From NCBI GenBank assembly GCA_041639695.1, contig JBEQBQ010000001.1, forward strand, positions 1-64,000: a stretch of 64,000 nucleotides of DNA, given 5' to 3'. The DNA is from Candidatus Nanohaloarchaea archaeon (GTDB taxonomy: Archaea; Nanohalarchaeota; Nanosalinia; Nanosalinales; Nanosalinaceae). How positions within the stretch are numbered: position 1 is the first letter of the stretch; every line of letters starts with the position of its first letter. The position numbers and the translations under genes are program-made. Positions 20,433-30,550 of the stretch are shown piece after piece. The notes under the pieces are model-generated. The model did not search any database. It was not told where the DNA came from and saw nothing but the letters and a program-made list of their open reading frames with translations.

Positions 20433-21410
20433 ATGGAAAAGCGAAAAGCAGTTTTAAGTCTCTTGTTTCTGACAGTTGTTGCCTCAGGATGTATGAGTTC
20501 TACTGATGCTACAGGGTCAGTAACGGTGAAGAGCCTGAATGTTGAGCCCTCGCAGATTTTTGAGGGTCAGAGCGTGAGAGCGCGAATGGAAGTTGAGAAT
20601 ACCGGTAATATTGCGGGAGAGGTAGCAATAGGGGAGAACGGTAAAAGTATACTAAGAGGTCACTGCCCTGATATATTTGAGATAGATCCTTCCGGGTTTT
20701 CGGTAACCACCACAAGGGACAGTTTCAACGGCGATTCTGCTATATTGAAACCCGGAGACCAGTTAAGGGTTAGGTGGAAATTGGATCAAAAGGCCGAAAG
20801 AGTTCCGCTTTACGGGCTCGAGTGCGACCTAAAATTCCCGGTCAAGTTTAACTATTCTGCTTCAGGCCTAAGACAGGTACAGATAAAGAAAAACAAGGAC
20901 GTAGAGGGCTCGACAAAACTCCAGACCAAAAGCTCTCCGGGACCTATGAATATTGTAATGGGCACGCTTCCAGGTTCAACGGGTGAAACCTCGACATTTA
21001 TCGCTGATACTTCTGGCGAACCTAGGAATCTCAGTATCGCCATTCAATTACGCAACCCGAATCCGGAGCAGGAAGAGTACAGAAAGGGAGTTGTAGATGT
21101 TGACGAGAACAGTTTCCGTATAGAGGCCACAGAACCTCTAGAACTCGATGAGTCTATGAGTTCCAATAAAGGGGATATGAGCTGGAACGCAAACGGTTAC
21201 TCAAATCCGAAGTGCGAAGTTCCTCAAACACGTAGAGGTTTAAGGCTCTCCCAGGGCAAATCGGTTACTGTGAGATGTCAAGTTCCTCTGCCTGAAAAAT
21301 CCGAGCTTGACTCGCCTTCAACGATATCCGAACTTTCCGCGCACGTAAATTATACTTACGAGAAAGATGCTGGCACAAGAACAATACAGGTGGAGAGTCG
21401 TGGACAGTAA
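20433..21410 (+). CDS. Lipoprotein (lipobox VASGC), Ig/CARDB-like
   Basis: Basic N-region, hydrophobic core, VVASGC. Confidence 0.85.
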   Translation: MEKRKAVLSLLFLTVVASGCMSSTDATGSVTVKSLNVEPSQIFEGQSVRARMEVENTGNIAGEVAIGENGKSILRGHCPDIFEIDPSGFSVTTTRDSFNGDSAILKPGDQLRVRWKLDQKAERVPLYGLECDLKFPVKFNYSASGLRQVQIKKNKDVEGSTKLQTKSSPGPMNIVMGTLPGSTGETSTFIADTSGEPRNLSIAIQLRNPNPEQEEYRKGVVDVDENSFRIEATEPLELDESMSSNKGDMSWNANGYSNPKCEVPQTRRGLRLSQGKSVTVRCQVPLPEKSELDSPSTISELSAHVNYTYEKDAGTRTIQVESRGQ

Positions 21411-22176
21411 AGTAGCGATTTTTCTAGCTCTTGTTGTCGTAGCTTCCGGATGTGCGCAGCAACAGCAATCAGAAACTTCTCCTGAAAAGGGACTTGAAAT
21501 TAAAGAGCTCTCTATATCCGAGAAAAGCCTTGTACCGTCTCAGCAGGCCTACGTCACCTTGGTTTTGAAGAACCATCACACTCAGGAAATAAATTTACAG
21601 GACGTCTCACTCTACAATACAGGCTTACTTGAATCTGAGAAACAGGGTTGCCGGCCTGAAAACCTTGAGGTTGCCACAGCAGGTCTAGCACCCGAAATGG
21701 AGTGCACTTGGAGGATCGAAGCGCCGGAAGACCTAGGTGCGTTCAACTCGAAATCAATATCTCCAAAACTGAATCTAGAGTACGAATCGCAGCTTGAACC
21801 GGTCGAACCGCTGAAAGTGGAGTTCAAAGACCCTAAGGAGATAGAGGGCACCTCAACAGTAGAAAAGACTTACACGAATAAGGAGGTGAAGATGAAGGTC
21901 TCAACGGAAAGTCCTGCATCTACAGAGGGAAGACTTATTGATGTGAGTATTTCTAGTGCGGGTAATGGCAGGGTCGCCTCGGATTTCTCTCTTGACTATA
22001 CGCCTTCCGGGGTGTTCGAGAACTGTCCTGATGAGAAAGAGATTGTGATAGGGTCTTCTGTAGAGTTTAGCTGCCAATTAAGTTCGGATCAGCAGGTTGA
22101 GAGAAATCTGTTAATCTCCACATCTTATAAATACGTCAAAGCGCCAACACTTGATGTTGAGGTCGTTAAACAGTGA
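21400..22176 (+). CDS. Lipoprotein (lipobox VASGC), paralog
   Basis: GTG start after AGGTGG SD-like site; VVASGC. Confidence 0.85.
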   Translation: MDSKVAIFLALVVVASGCAQQQQSETSPEKGLEIKELSISEKSLVPSQQAYVTLVLKNHHTQEINLQDVSLYNTGLLESEKQGCRPENLEVATAGLAPEMECTWRIEAPEDLGAFNSKSISPKLNLEYESQLEPVEPLKVEFKDPKEIEGTSTVEKTYTNKEVKMKVSTESPASTEGRLIDVSISSAGNGRVASDFSLDYTPSGVFENCPDEKEIVIGSSVEFSCQLSSDQQVERNLLISTSYKYVKAPTLDVEVVKQ

Positions 22177-23084
22177 TAGATAAAAGAGCGGTCGTTTTTG
22201 TTGCCCTGGCGGTTGTCGCCTCGGGATGCGCACAGTCAACTCAAACAGATAATACAGCCAGCGCGGACAGCGTTTCCGTGATGAACTTTTCTGCCTACCC
22301 GCAGACGCCTTACAGCGGGGAGCAGGTACGTCTAAGACTTACCTTGAAGAACACTGGTGATGCGACAGCTAACGATGTCACAGCACAACTTTTCAACGTT
22401 CCTTTCTCCGGCTCGGGTAACGTCTGGAGCTATGTAGGCGACCAAAGCGCTGAGAAAAGCTTCGGAACTTTAGAGCCTAGGGACGATGAGAACAATCTTC
22501 CCGCAAGACCTTCAACCAAGGTATGGAACGTCAAAGCTCCAAGTCTTGACAACGGTGTTGAAATCCCTTACAATTTCAAGGCAAGGATTTACTACAATTA
22601 CAGCACCCAGGGAACCTCCAGAATTACTTTAATGAGCAGGGAGCGTTTCCAGAACGAGAGAACAAGAACCAGGCCCACACTTGACACTACTTCTGGACCT
22701 ATCCAGATGGAGATCAGGACGAAGTCGCCTATAACTTACACCGGTGACTCGCCTACAAACTCACAGATGTGTATCAGGGTTAGAAACGATGGTACAGGCA
22801 CACCGTTTATCTCTGATGACTATGATGTAAGTGATTCGGAGGAGAATACTGTCAGGATTTCAGTTCCTGACCAGGGATCGATCGACTTTACCTCAAATCA
22901 GGGAGATGGAAATACGGCGGAAGTTGATCTGATCGGTGGAAGAGGTCTTTCCTGCTTCACGATCGAAGCTTCAGGAGGTATCGGACCTCAGCAAGAAATC
23001 CCTGTGATAGTTAATACCGACTACGGCTACATCAAAGAAGACACATCGACAGTAAGGGTAAGAGGAAGCAGGTTAACCAACTAA
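22173..23084 (+). CDS. Lipoprotein (lipobox VASGC), paralog
   Basis: GTGA overlap with previous gene; VVASGC; LKNTG.A.A..V CARDB-like motif. Confidence 0.85.
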   Translation: MIDKRAVVFVALAVVASGCAQSTQTDNTASADSVSVMNFSAYPQTPYSGEQVRLRLTLKNTGDATANDVTAQLFNVPFSGSGNVWSYVGDQSAEKSFGTLEPRDDENNLPARPSTKVWNVKAPSLDNGVEIPYNFKARIYYNYSTQGTSRITLMSRERFQNERTRTRPTLDTTSGPIQMEIRTKSPITYTGDSPTNSQMCIRVRNDGTGTPFISDDYDVSDSEENTVRISVPDQGSIDFTSNQGDGNTAEVDLIGGRGLSCFTIEASGGIGPQQEIPVIVNTDYGYIKEDTSTVRVRGSRLTN

Positions 23085-23311
23085 GTTTCCTATTTTCTCT
23101 TTCTCTCACCAATATCTAGTTCTTTGCTCTCCTGCTAGATTATGTCAAGATTATGTTCTTCGAATCAGATGTACAGGATTTTATGAGAAGCAGGGTTTTA
23201 CGGAAAAATGGTTGGCTACAATCCACAAACCTTCGGCTAAACATTCAACAGATGTGTTTGGTTAGCTTCAAGAAGAAAGATAAGTTAGGAAAAAGTAATG
23301 AAGAAAGAAAT

Positions 23312-25033
23312 TTAGAGGAGGTAGAGGGCTGAGAGAACGATTCCCAGTCCTGCAACGATCGAAGCGATGATTTTGCTTCCGGTGTTGCTGTCTACGTCAC
23401 TGATGAAGCTGGAGATGCTCTGTGTGAACGAACCGGTGACCTGGTTCTGGTCTGACTTGATCGCTTCCTCGATATCTTCTCCAACTACAAGCCTTACTGT
23501 CTTCGACTTCTGGACTTGCTTGCCTGTTGCTGTTGCTGTGATGACCACTTCTCCCTGTTTCTTGAATGGGATTCCTGCGTAGAGGTAGACGTTCTCTGAG
23601 TCTCCTGCGTTTACTGTGACGTTGTCGTTTCCAAGGTCTACCCAGCTAGGTCCGTCGGTTCTTAGTTCGTAGGTGTTGTCCTTGGTTCCTGTGTTGTTCA
23701 ACCGGATCTCGTAGACTGTGGATCTGTTCTCTCCTGCTGAAACTACTTCGGGCAGGACGTCCATCTCAAGATCGTAGCAGTTTTCAACTACTACATTTGT
23801 CTGTGCGGAGTTTGATGGTTCTCCGAATGTCTGTGCTGTTGACTGAACTGTTACAGGGTACTGACCTGGTTCTCTGTTTCCTAGGTTGACTGTAACGTTC
23901 TCTGCTTCTCCTTCCTCAAGTTCTACGTTCGAGGTTGAAAGGTTGCCGTCGGAGGTTGAAAGGCTGAATGTCTCTGCTGCGGCTCCCGTGTTTTCAACTC
24001 TTACTTCTGTGGAAGCTCTCTCATCCTCGCAGTACCGAGGATTTGAGCTGGTGTGGGCTAGTGATGCTTCCATTCCGTTCTGTACGTTGATGCCTACTGT
24101 CGAGGAGCTTGTTGATTCTCCTTCCGCTACCACTTGGACTTGTCTTGTTCCAAGCTCTTCAGGTCTTATGTTTAGTGTTGTTGTCTCTGTTTCTCCTGAA
24201 GCAACTTCTAGTTCTTCTTCGGCTAGTGCTCCTCCGGAGCTTGAGACTTGGAATACGTCTGACTTGGTTCCAAGGTTCTCGATAGAGACCTCGTATTCTG
24301 CTTGGTTGAATGCTGCTACTTCCTGTGTCTGTGGCTGTACGTTCATCTCTGAGTCGTAGCAGGTCTCAGCTGCGAAGCTGATGCTGTCGATCTCCTGTGC
24401 GTAGCTTGTCGTTGAAGCTGTTACCAGGTTGAAGTTTCTCTCGACTTCTGAGTTTGAAGAGATTCTTAGTTCAACGTTCTTGGTTTCTCCGTCTTCAAGA
24501 TTGACTTTTTCTTTTGAGAGCTGTCCGTAGTCTGTTTCTAGGCTGAACTCTTCCTGCTGGATTCCTTCGTTAGTTACAGCGATTTCGTAGACGGCTGCCT
24601 GTCCTAGGCAAGCTGTCTGAGAACTTTCGTCAACTTGTACAGAAACTTTGTGGTCTTTGATTACGTTGACCTGTCCGCTTGTTGTGAAGGTTGTTCCTGA
24701 TGCTTCGGATGTTGCGTAGAGTTCGAATGAGTATGTTCCTTCGTCTTTGTCGACTGCCGGGTTGTACCAGACGTTTACTGCTCTGGTTTCTCCTGAGTCA
24801 AGCGTTATTTCGGTTGGTGCAATCGATATTTCTGATGGTGCTGAAGAACTGAACTTGAAGCTGTCCTTTACGGGCCCAAGGTTTTCGACTTCCATCTCGT
24901 ATGAGGTGAAGGAGTCGATCCTTGAGCTGGATTCGTCTGGGAACAGCGTTAGGTCTGCGGGGCCTGCTGCCACCGCTGTTGTCATCATGGTTAATAGGAT
25001 TGTTAGTATAGTTATGCGTCTAGAGGCATTCAT
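23312..25033 (-). CDS. Cell-surface protein with about five tandem Ig-like repeats and C-terminal TM anchor
   Basis: Signal peptide; repeated Y..V.N.G...D/E.F.L...V.L..GE; VTGSF then TM; AGGTGA SD. Confidence 0.85.
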   Translation of the reverse strand: MNASRRITILTILLTMMTTAVAAGPADLTLFPDESSSRIDSFTSYEMEVENLGPVKDSFKFSSSAPSEISIAPTEITLDSGETRAVNVWYNPAVDKDEGTYSFELYATSEASGTTFTTSGQVNVIKDHKVSVQVDESSQTACLGQAAVYEIAVTNEGIQQEEFSLETDYGQLSKEKVNLEDGETKNVELRISSNSEVERNFNLVTASTTSYAQEIDSISFAAETCYDSEMNVQPQTQEVAAFNQAEYEVSIENLGTKSDVFQVSSSGGALAEEELEVASGETETTTLNIRPEELGTRQVQVVAEGESTSSSTVGINVQNGMEASLAHTSSNPRYCEDERASTEVRVENTGAAAETFSLSTSDGNLSTSNVELEEGEAENVTVNLGNREPGQYPVTVQSTAQTFGEPSNSAQTNVVVENCYDLEMDVLPEVVSAGENRSTVYEIRLNNTGTKDNTYELRTDGPSWVDLGNDNVTVNAGDSENVYLYAGIPFKKQGEVVITATATGKQVQKSKTVRLVVGEDIEEAIKSDQNQVTGSFTQSISSFISDVDSNTGSKIIASIVAGLGIVLSALYLL

Positions 25034-25183
25034 AGCTTTAAGTGTCACCTGATGATAACACAAATTCTTAACTCTTTTATACCTTTTTACATGCCGTAAT
25101 GGTTACAGAAGTTAATAACTGCTTAATGAGAAACGAAAAAGTTCTAGAAACGATTAAAAAAAGTAGTAGAGGCTTTGAAGCTG

Positions 25184-28100
25184 TCAGAAGATTCCAAACA
25201 GCTTCTCGAACAAGCCTTTATTCTTTGGCTGCTTCGAGCCTCCTACCCAAACACGGACATCCTTCTTGAATACATCCGAACCATCGGACGAAACCGTGAT
25301 CTCGGCAACGCCTTCCCCTTCCTCACGTGGAGTGAGGTAGAAGAACACGGTCTTCTTCTCCCCGGTATCCAAGAGAACCTCCCTCTCGGACTGGGAAACC
25401 CAAGTGTCCGGCAAGCCTTCAAGCTCAAGCTGGTAACGCTTCACCTCTCTATGGGTGTTATAGAGATCGACCTTCACCAGTCCTTCCTCTGATTCAACAG
25501 AGGCGATCTGTGAAGGAAAGCTCTCAACCTCGTTACCAAGCTCCAGTACTTCAACTGTTGTCGAAGCACTTCCTGACTTACCTCCTGTTACAGCACGAAC
25601 CTCAAACTCGTGCTCGCCGGGATCACCTGCGCTTACATCGAAGCAGACCTTTCCGCTCTGAGTCTTCGAATCAACGACTCTTCCATCTCTTAACAGGTAG
25701 ACCTTCGGATCAATCTGCGAACTTACATCCCCACAGATCTCGTAGGTCTCACCTTCAAACACTTCTCGGGGTGCGTAGACAGCTTCCACTGTCGCAACCG
25801 GAAGGATTGAAACAGCAGTCGACTGGGAAGCTCCATTAGTCGAAACTTCTACGTTTTGCTGTCCTACCTGGTTCGAACGTACGTAGACCTGGTAGTAGCC
25901 GTCAGGCTGAGTTGCTGTCGAAGCAACCCGGTCGAACCCAACTTCTACATCTACCTGGCTTCTTCCTCTAACACCGTCAACGTACCCGGAAACCTTGAAC
26001 GATTTTCCGGCAACAACTTCTCTCGGTGAAACCTCTACGGTCATCGAGGAAGCCTCTCCGCTCACAACGTTTCCAAGTCCGCAGTCCCTGACATCGATCG
26101 TTCTCTTAACCGAGTCAAAGCCTCCGTTCGAGACCTGAACTCTGTAGTTCTCTGAACCCGAGCCTTGGACATTCGTGAAACGGATGTTCTTCGTCCTGAA
26201 ACCGTCTCCGGATACATGGACATCTCGAACCACTTCACCATCCAGTCCGGTTCCCTGTATTTCGACGACTTTTCCGTAACTGTCTCTGTTGCTTACTGTT
26301 ACTCTTGTGGTGAAGCTTTCGCCTCTACAGACGTAGTTGGGTCCGGAAACTTCCGTGATTCTGAGCTCTCCATCTTCATCGTCAGATTCATCTTCCTCTC
26401 GTTCTAACGTGAAGTCTTCGGTCTCTGGTTCACCTTCTTCAAGCTCGATATCTCTCGTCTCTGTTTCGTAACCGTCCTTTGAGACCGTTATCTCGTAGTC
26501 GTCAGGTTCAAGGCTGAAGTAAGCCTCTCCCTCATCGTCGGTATCTTCGGTTTCATCGTCTCCGTTCTCGACTTCTACCTCTGCATCTTCTATCGGATCG
26601 TTATCTTCATCTTCAACGCTAACTGTAAGATCTACTTCGTCTTGATCCGAGTCATCGTCTTCGTCGTCGGCTTCCTGAACCTCTACCGTTTCTGTTGTTG
26701 TGTCGGATCCTTCAGAACCGACAACTTCGATTTCTACATCGTAGTCTCCTTCTTCGTCGAAGGTGTAGTCTACTTCTTCGCCGTACTTGTCCGGGATCCC
26801 GTTCTCGTTGAAGTCCCAGCGGAAGCTGTCGCCTCCCGTGGAATCGGATGCATCGAACTCTACTTCTTCACCTGCCTCAGGTTCGTTAGGGCTCCAGTCA
26901 AACTCTGCCTGAATGTCCTCATCATCGTTAGTGCCGTCATCTAGTTCGGAAAGCGTTAAGGTAATCGGTTCTGTATCCCCTTCATCAAGATTTACTGTTT
27001 CTGAAGCTGTTTCGTAGTCTGGATCTGAAGCCGTTATCTCGTACTCTCCTGGCTTAAGCTGGAAAACGTATTCTCCGTCTTCATCGGTTTCTCCATCCGT
27101 GGTCTCTCCGTTCTCAGCCTCTACATCAATATTTTCTAGAGGGTCGTTATCGCTGTCAACTACTTCAACGGTTAGTTCTGCTTGTTCCTCTTCACCTTCT
27201 TCGACAAGCTCTATCTCTTCTTCTGTGGTTTCTCCGGAAGTTACTTCTGTCTCTCTACTGTTGTCCTGATAGTCGTCCTTCGAAACATCTACATCGTAGT
27301 CTCCTTCTTCAAGTGAGAAACTTACTTCTCCATCGTCATCAGTTTCTTTTTCCTGATCGTCAACTTCGACTGTCGCGTCTTCAAGGGGATCTTCTTCTGA
27401 ATCTGTCACCGTTACTTCAAGAGTTCCACCGTCTTCGTTGACGTTAAGTACTACTTCATCGCTGGTGAAGCTTTCTCCTTCACAAGCCCCGCTGTCAACC
27501 TTTACTTTTGCGGTGATGTCTACTTCTCCGGTTTCAAGATCTTCCGTACTAAAGTCGACCTCATAATCGTCATCGCTGTCTCCTTCAACCGTTACGTCTT
27601 TTGACTCTACGTTATCGCCATCGGCTTTGATGATTAGTTCGACTTCTTCATCGCTGCGTTCGGCGTTCTCAATATTTACTGAAGCAGTTACTTCCTCATC
27701 CTGGTTAGCCGAGTCCGAACTTAGTTCTACCGTGATCGTGTCTTCGTGTAGTCCGCACTGGGCTTCTTCCTCCGTGCTGAAGTAGATGAAGTCGGAGTTC
27801 GAGGTCGTGGTTCCATCGGATGCATCCACTTCCCAGGAGTATTCTGTGTCGCCGTTGAGACTTCTCGAATCAGGCAAAGTGAACTCGACGTTGTCGCCCT
27901 CATTAACATTACTCAACTCGTTGTAATCGTCACTTTCCAAAGTTCTGACCGTGTCCCCGTCAGTGTTCAAAACTAGGACGGTGTAGTCAAGATCGTCGCC
28001 GTCCGGGTCTTCGGCGCTGAACTCAAAAGTGGGTGTCGTGCTTACTACTTCATCTCTTGAAGGGTTCTGGAGATCAAAGTTTTCTGGAGCCTCGTTATCC

Positions 28101-28459
28101 GGTTCTGGGTCCGAGTTCTGCGTCCATTCTAGCGTTATCTCCTTTTGGTTCGTGGATCCATCAAATTCGGTGGTTACTGCTCTTATCTGGGCTGTTCCTT
28201 CGCTTCCCTGGACGTAGTTATTACTTACCTCGCAGCCATTACTGCATGAAAAGGTCATGCTTTCAGCAACCCATTCGTTCTGAACGTCGCTCCACCTCTC
28301 AAGGTAGATGCTGCTTACAGAATTAGAGGCGGAGGCTGTAACTTTTTGTGCCTCTCCAAGATTTAGAGTGGTGTCTGAGCTTGGTTCTATCGTTACTGCT
28401 GTCGAAATGGCTGTTAATGCTATCATAAGTGCTGTGATTGTGGCTATCTTGTTTCTCAT
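25184..28459 (-). CDS. Large secreted multidomain surface protein (three carboxypeptidase-regulatory-like repeats, PKD domain, Ig-like domains)
   Basis: Signal peptide; 3x L.V.V.D...DP.E...VEV; PKD FDASDS...WDF...YTF.EEGDY.V; GAGGTGA SD. Confidence 0.85.
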   Translation of the reverse strand: MRNKIATITALMIALTAISTAVTIEPSSDTTLNLGEAQKVTASASNSVSSIYLERWSDVQNEWVAESMTFSCSNGCEVSNNYVQGSEGTAQIRAVTTEFDGSTNQKEITLEWTQNSDPEPDNEAPENFDLQNPSRDEVVSTTPTFEFSAEDPDGDDLDYTVLVLNTDGDTVRTLESDDYNELSNVNEGDNVEFTLPDSRSLNGDTEYSWEVDASDGTTTSNSDFIYFSTEEEAQCGLHEDTITVELSSDSANQDEEVTASVNIENAERSDEEVELIIKADGDNVESKDVTVEGDSDDDYEVDFSTEDLETGEVDITAKVKVDSGACEGESFTSDEVVLNVNEDGGTLEVTVTDSEEDPLEDATVEVDDQEKETDDDGEVSFSLEEGDYDVDVSKDDYQDNSRETEVTSGETTEEEIELVEEGEEEQAELTVEVVDSDNDPLENIDVEAENGETTDGETDEDGEYVFQLKPGEYEITASDPDYETASETVNLDEGDTEPITLTLSELDDGTNDDEDIQAEFDWSPNEPEAGEEVEFDASDSTGGDSFRWDFNENGIPDKYGEEVDYTFDEEGDYDVEIEVVGSEGSDTTTETVEVQEADDEDDDSDQDEVDLTVSVEDEDNDPIEDAEVEVENGDDETEDTDDEGEAYFSLEPDDYEITVSKDGYETETRDIELEEGEPETEDFTLEREEDESDDEDGELRITEVSGPNYVCRGESFTTRVTVSNRDSYGKVVEIQGTGLDGEVVRDVHVSGDGFRTKNIRFTNVQGSGSENYRVQVSNGGFDSVKRTIDVRDCGLGNVVSGEASSMTVEVSPREVVAGKSFKVSGYVDGVRGRSQVDVEVGFDRVASTATQPDGYYQVYVRSNQVGQQNVEVSTNGASQSTAVSILPVATVEAVYAPREVFEGETYEICGDVSSQIDPKVYLLRDGRVVDSKTQSGKVCFDVSAGDPGEHEFEVRAVTGGKSGSASTTVEVLELGNEVESFPSQIASVESEEGLVKVDLYNTHREVKRYQLELEGLPDTWVSQSEREVLLDTGEKKTVFFYLTPREEGEGVAEITVSSDGSDVFKKDVRVWVGGSKQPKNKGLFEKLFGIF

Positions 28460-28471
28460 TTTTCTCACCTC

Positions 28472-29425
28472 TTAGAAGTCCTCCGTGATTGTCGCTATTT
28501 TTTCATCTCCGCCCTCGGAGTAAATTGTGACTGCGCCACCGCTGTAACCAAAGTCAACATCACTGGCTTCTAAATCTGTTCTTTCGACTGTGTCTAGGTA
28601 TGCCTCGACCTCTCCTGCGGTAAGATCTCTGTTATCTGTCGCTTCGTTTAGGCCGTCGAGATCTTCGAAGTAGTTAGGGTTTGACGAGTCTACAGTCCCT
28701 TGAGCAGTTCCGTTCTGTCCTCCATTTTGGCCGCCGTTAATGTTCTGGTTCCCGGGACCGCTTTCCTTGTAAACGGTCTTACTATCGTCATCAGGCCAGA
28801 AGAGTGCGGCCAGGCTACCTCCTACAAATCCTGCGCCTAAAAGCGCACCTAAACCCTTTGCCATCGAGTCTCGTTTATCAGGATCGTCCAGTTCGGGGTC
28901 GGTGTCAGCCGGTTCCGGGTTGCTGAAGGGGTTATAAACATCGTTTGGATCCATTCCGTCCTTTCTTCTGGCTCTACTTCTGTAAACATTTGTCATGTGC
29001 TCTCCGATATTGTTGATTGCCGGGCCGTTTCTCTGGACATAGTTGGACAAAAAGGTTTCTGAAACCATTATATCGTCAAACTGATCTATGGTGTAGTCTC
29101 CTTCAAAGTAGTTCATAGGGTTGAGTATGTCTCCTGTTCTCTCCCCTTCTGGAATGCTTACATCTATGTCTAGGTTTTCTATATCCTGTTCGAGACTAGA
29201 TAGACGAGCTTCATACTCATCCATCCGTATATCAATATCATTTCTTAGTTCTCCTAAATCGTCTTCTAAGTCGTCAACATTCTCTGCAACGTCTTGAACG
29301 AAATGGGTTAGACTGTTGAACTCGGATTCTAAATCATTCAGCATTTCTCCCTGTTGTTCGACGTCGTCGACGAACTCTTCGTCGCTGTTGTCGAATCTGT
29401 CTATTTTGTCGTCTTCTCCGGACAT
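28472..29425 (-). CDS. Acidic protein: N-terminal coiled coil, central TM helix, C-terminal domain
   Basis: Heptad-like acidic N-terminus; GLGALLGAGFVGGSLAALFWP TM. Confidence 0.75.
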   Translation of the reverse strand: MSGEDDKIDRFDNSDEEFVDDVEQQGEMLNDLESEFNSLTHFVQDVAENVDDLEDDLGELRNDIDIRMDEYEARLSSLEQDIENLDIDVSIPEGERTGDILNPMNYFEGDYTIDQFDDIMVSETFLSNYVQRNGPAINNIGEHMTNVYRSRARRKDGMDPNDVYNPFSNPEPADTDPELDDPDKRDSMAKGLGALLGAGFVGGSLAALFWPDDDSKTVYKESGPGNQNINGGQNGGQNGTAQGTVDSSNPNYFEDLDGLNEATDNRDLTAGEVEAYLDTVERTDLEASDVDFGYSGGAVTIYSEGGDEKIATITEDF

Positions 29426-29497
29426 AGTTTTTGTATACCTCTTATCACTAATTTGTCACAAACATCTTATAAATCTTTTGTTATTCAGACGTGACAA

Positions 29498-30361
29498 CTA
29501 ATAACCGTTATCTCTGAGAATCTCCTGCGCATCCTCAAACTCGTCACTATGCTCTGTATGGAGATCAAGCTCTTCACGTCTCTCGGCATAACTATCTAAT
29601 GCGTCCTCAATTGCCTCCAGTCTGCTGAGGAGATCGGGGTCATCTGAATCGTCATCATCTGGCCCTGGTTCTGGTCCGGATCCTGGTTCTCCGTCTCCGT
29701 AATCAATCTCCCTCATTTTCTGGTTAATCGTTTCCGTAAGTTCCTCGCTTAGAGCTTCAATAAATAGAGAGGTGCCTGCAATCATCGGATAGACTTCATC
29801 AAATTTTTGGGGTTTACCTCTCTCGCCCCATGACTCTATATTGTGCTTGATGGTGTTGGCGGTAAACTCTCCGTCATGACTGAGCTCTGAAACTAGAGAC
29901 TCTCTCAACATTGTGTCGATGAAGTCTCTTGCAGAGTCTAGGTCTTCCGAATTTGCTCCATTAATCACTACTTCCATATATGCGTCTTCAAATTCGGAGG
30001 ATGCGGTTGTACCAGATTCATTTAACCCTTCCCTAATATTATTATAGTCAAGAATGCTAGTCTCATTTTCAAGTTCTGCCTCAGCTCGCTCTACAATTCT
30101 ATCATAATCTAAGGCCGAGTTAATACTTTCATCAAGCTGGTCGCCAAACTCCTGTTCGAATGTTTCTTTGATCCTGTAAAGCCTATTAAAGTTCCTTGCT
30201 CCAGAAACAGATTGAGTTGACTGCCCCCCCACTATCTTTTCCAGTAATCGATAGCCTTGATCCAGTAGCCCCTTCTCTAGAGAATTCTCGCTGTATTCTC
30301 CTCTTTTTTCTTCCAGTTCCACGATCATTTCTGAATATTCTGACAAATCTAAATCTGACAT
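29498..30361 (-). CDS. Acidic helical protein, unknown function
   Basis: Long ORF; likely ATG at 30361 after AGGTG. Confidence 0.7.
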   Translation of the reverse strand: MSDLDLSEYSEMIVELEEKRGEYSENSLEKGLLDQGYRLLEKIVGGQSTQSVSGARNFNRLYRIKETFEQEFGDQLDESINSALDYDRIVERAEAELENETSILDYNNIREGLNESGTTASSEFEDAYMEVVINGANSEDLDSARDFIDTMLRESLVSELSHDGEFTANTIKHNIESWGERGKPQKFDEVYPMIAGTSLFIEALSEELTETINQKMREIDYGDGEPGSGPEPGPDDDDSDDPDLLSRLEAIEDALDSYAERREELDLHTEHSDEFEDAQEILRDNGY

Positions 30362-30550
30362 ATTTACGGAGCACCTTGTGTAACTATTAAGTGGCAAAAC
30401 TTAAATATTGAGGTGTTTCGGTTAGGAGTCGGTCGTTAGAAGGAGCAAAATCGAGGGTAACTAAACATGTCTTTATAACTGAAGAATGGTAAAAATTAGA
30501 ATCACTTATAAATTTTTAGTCACAAATGGTGACTGTTAGGTGAATAAATA

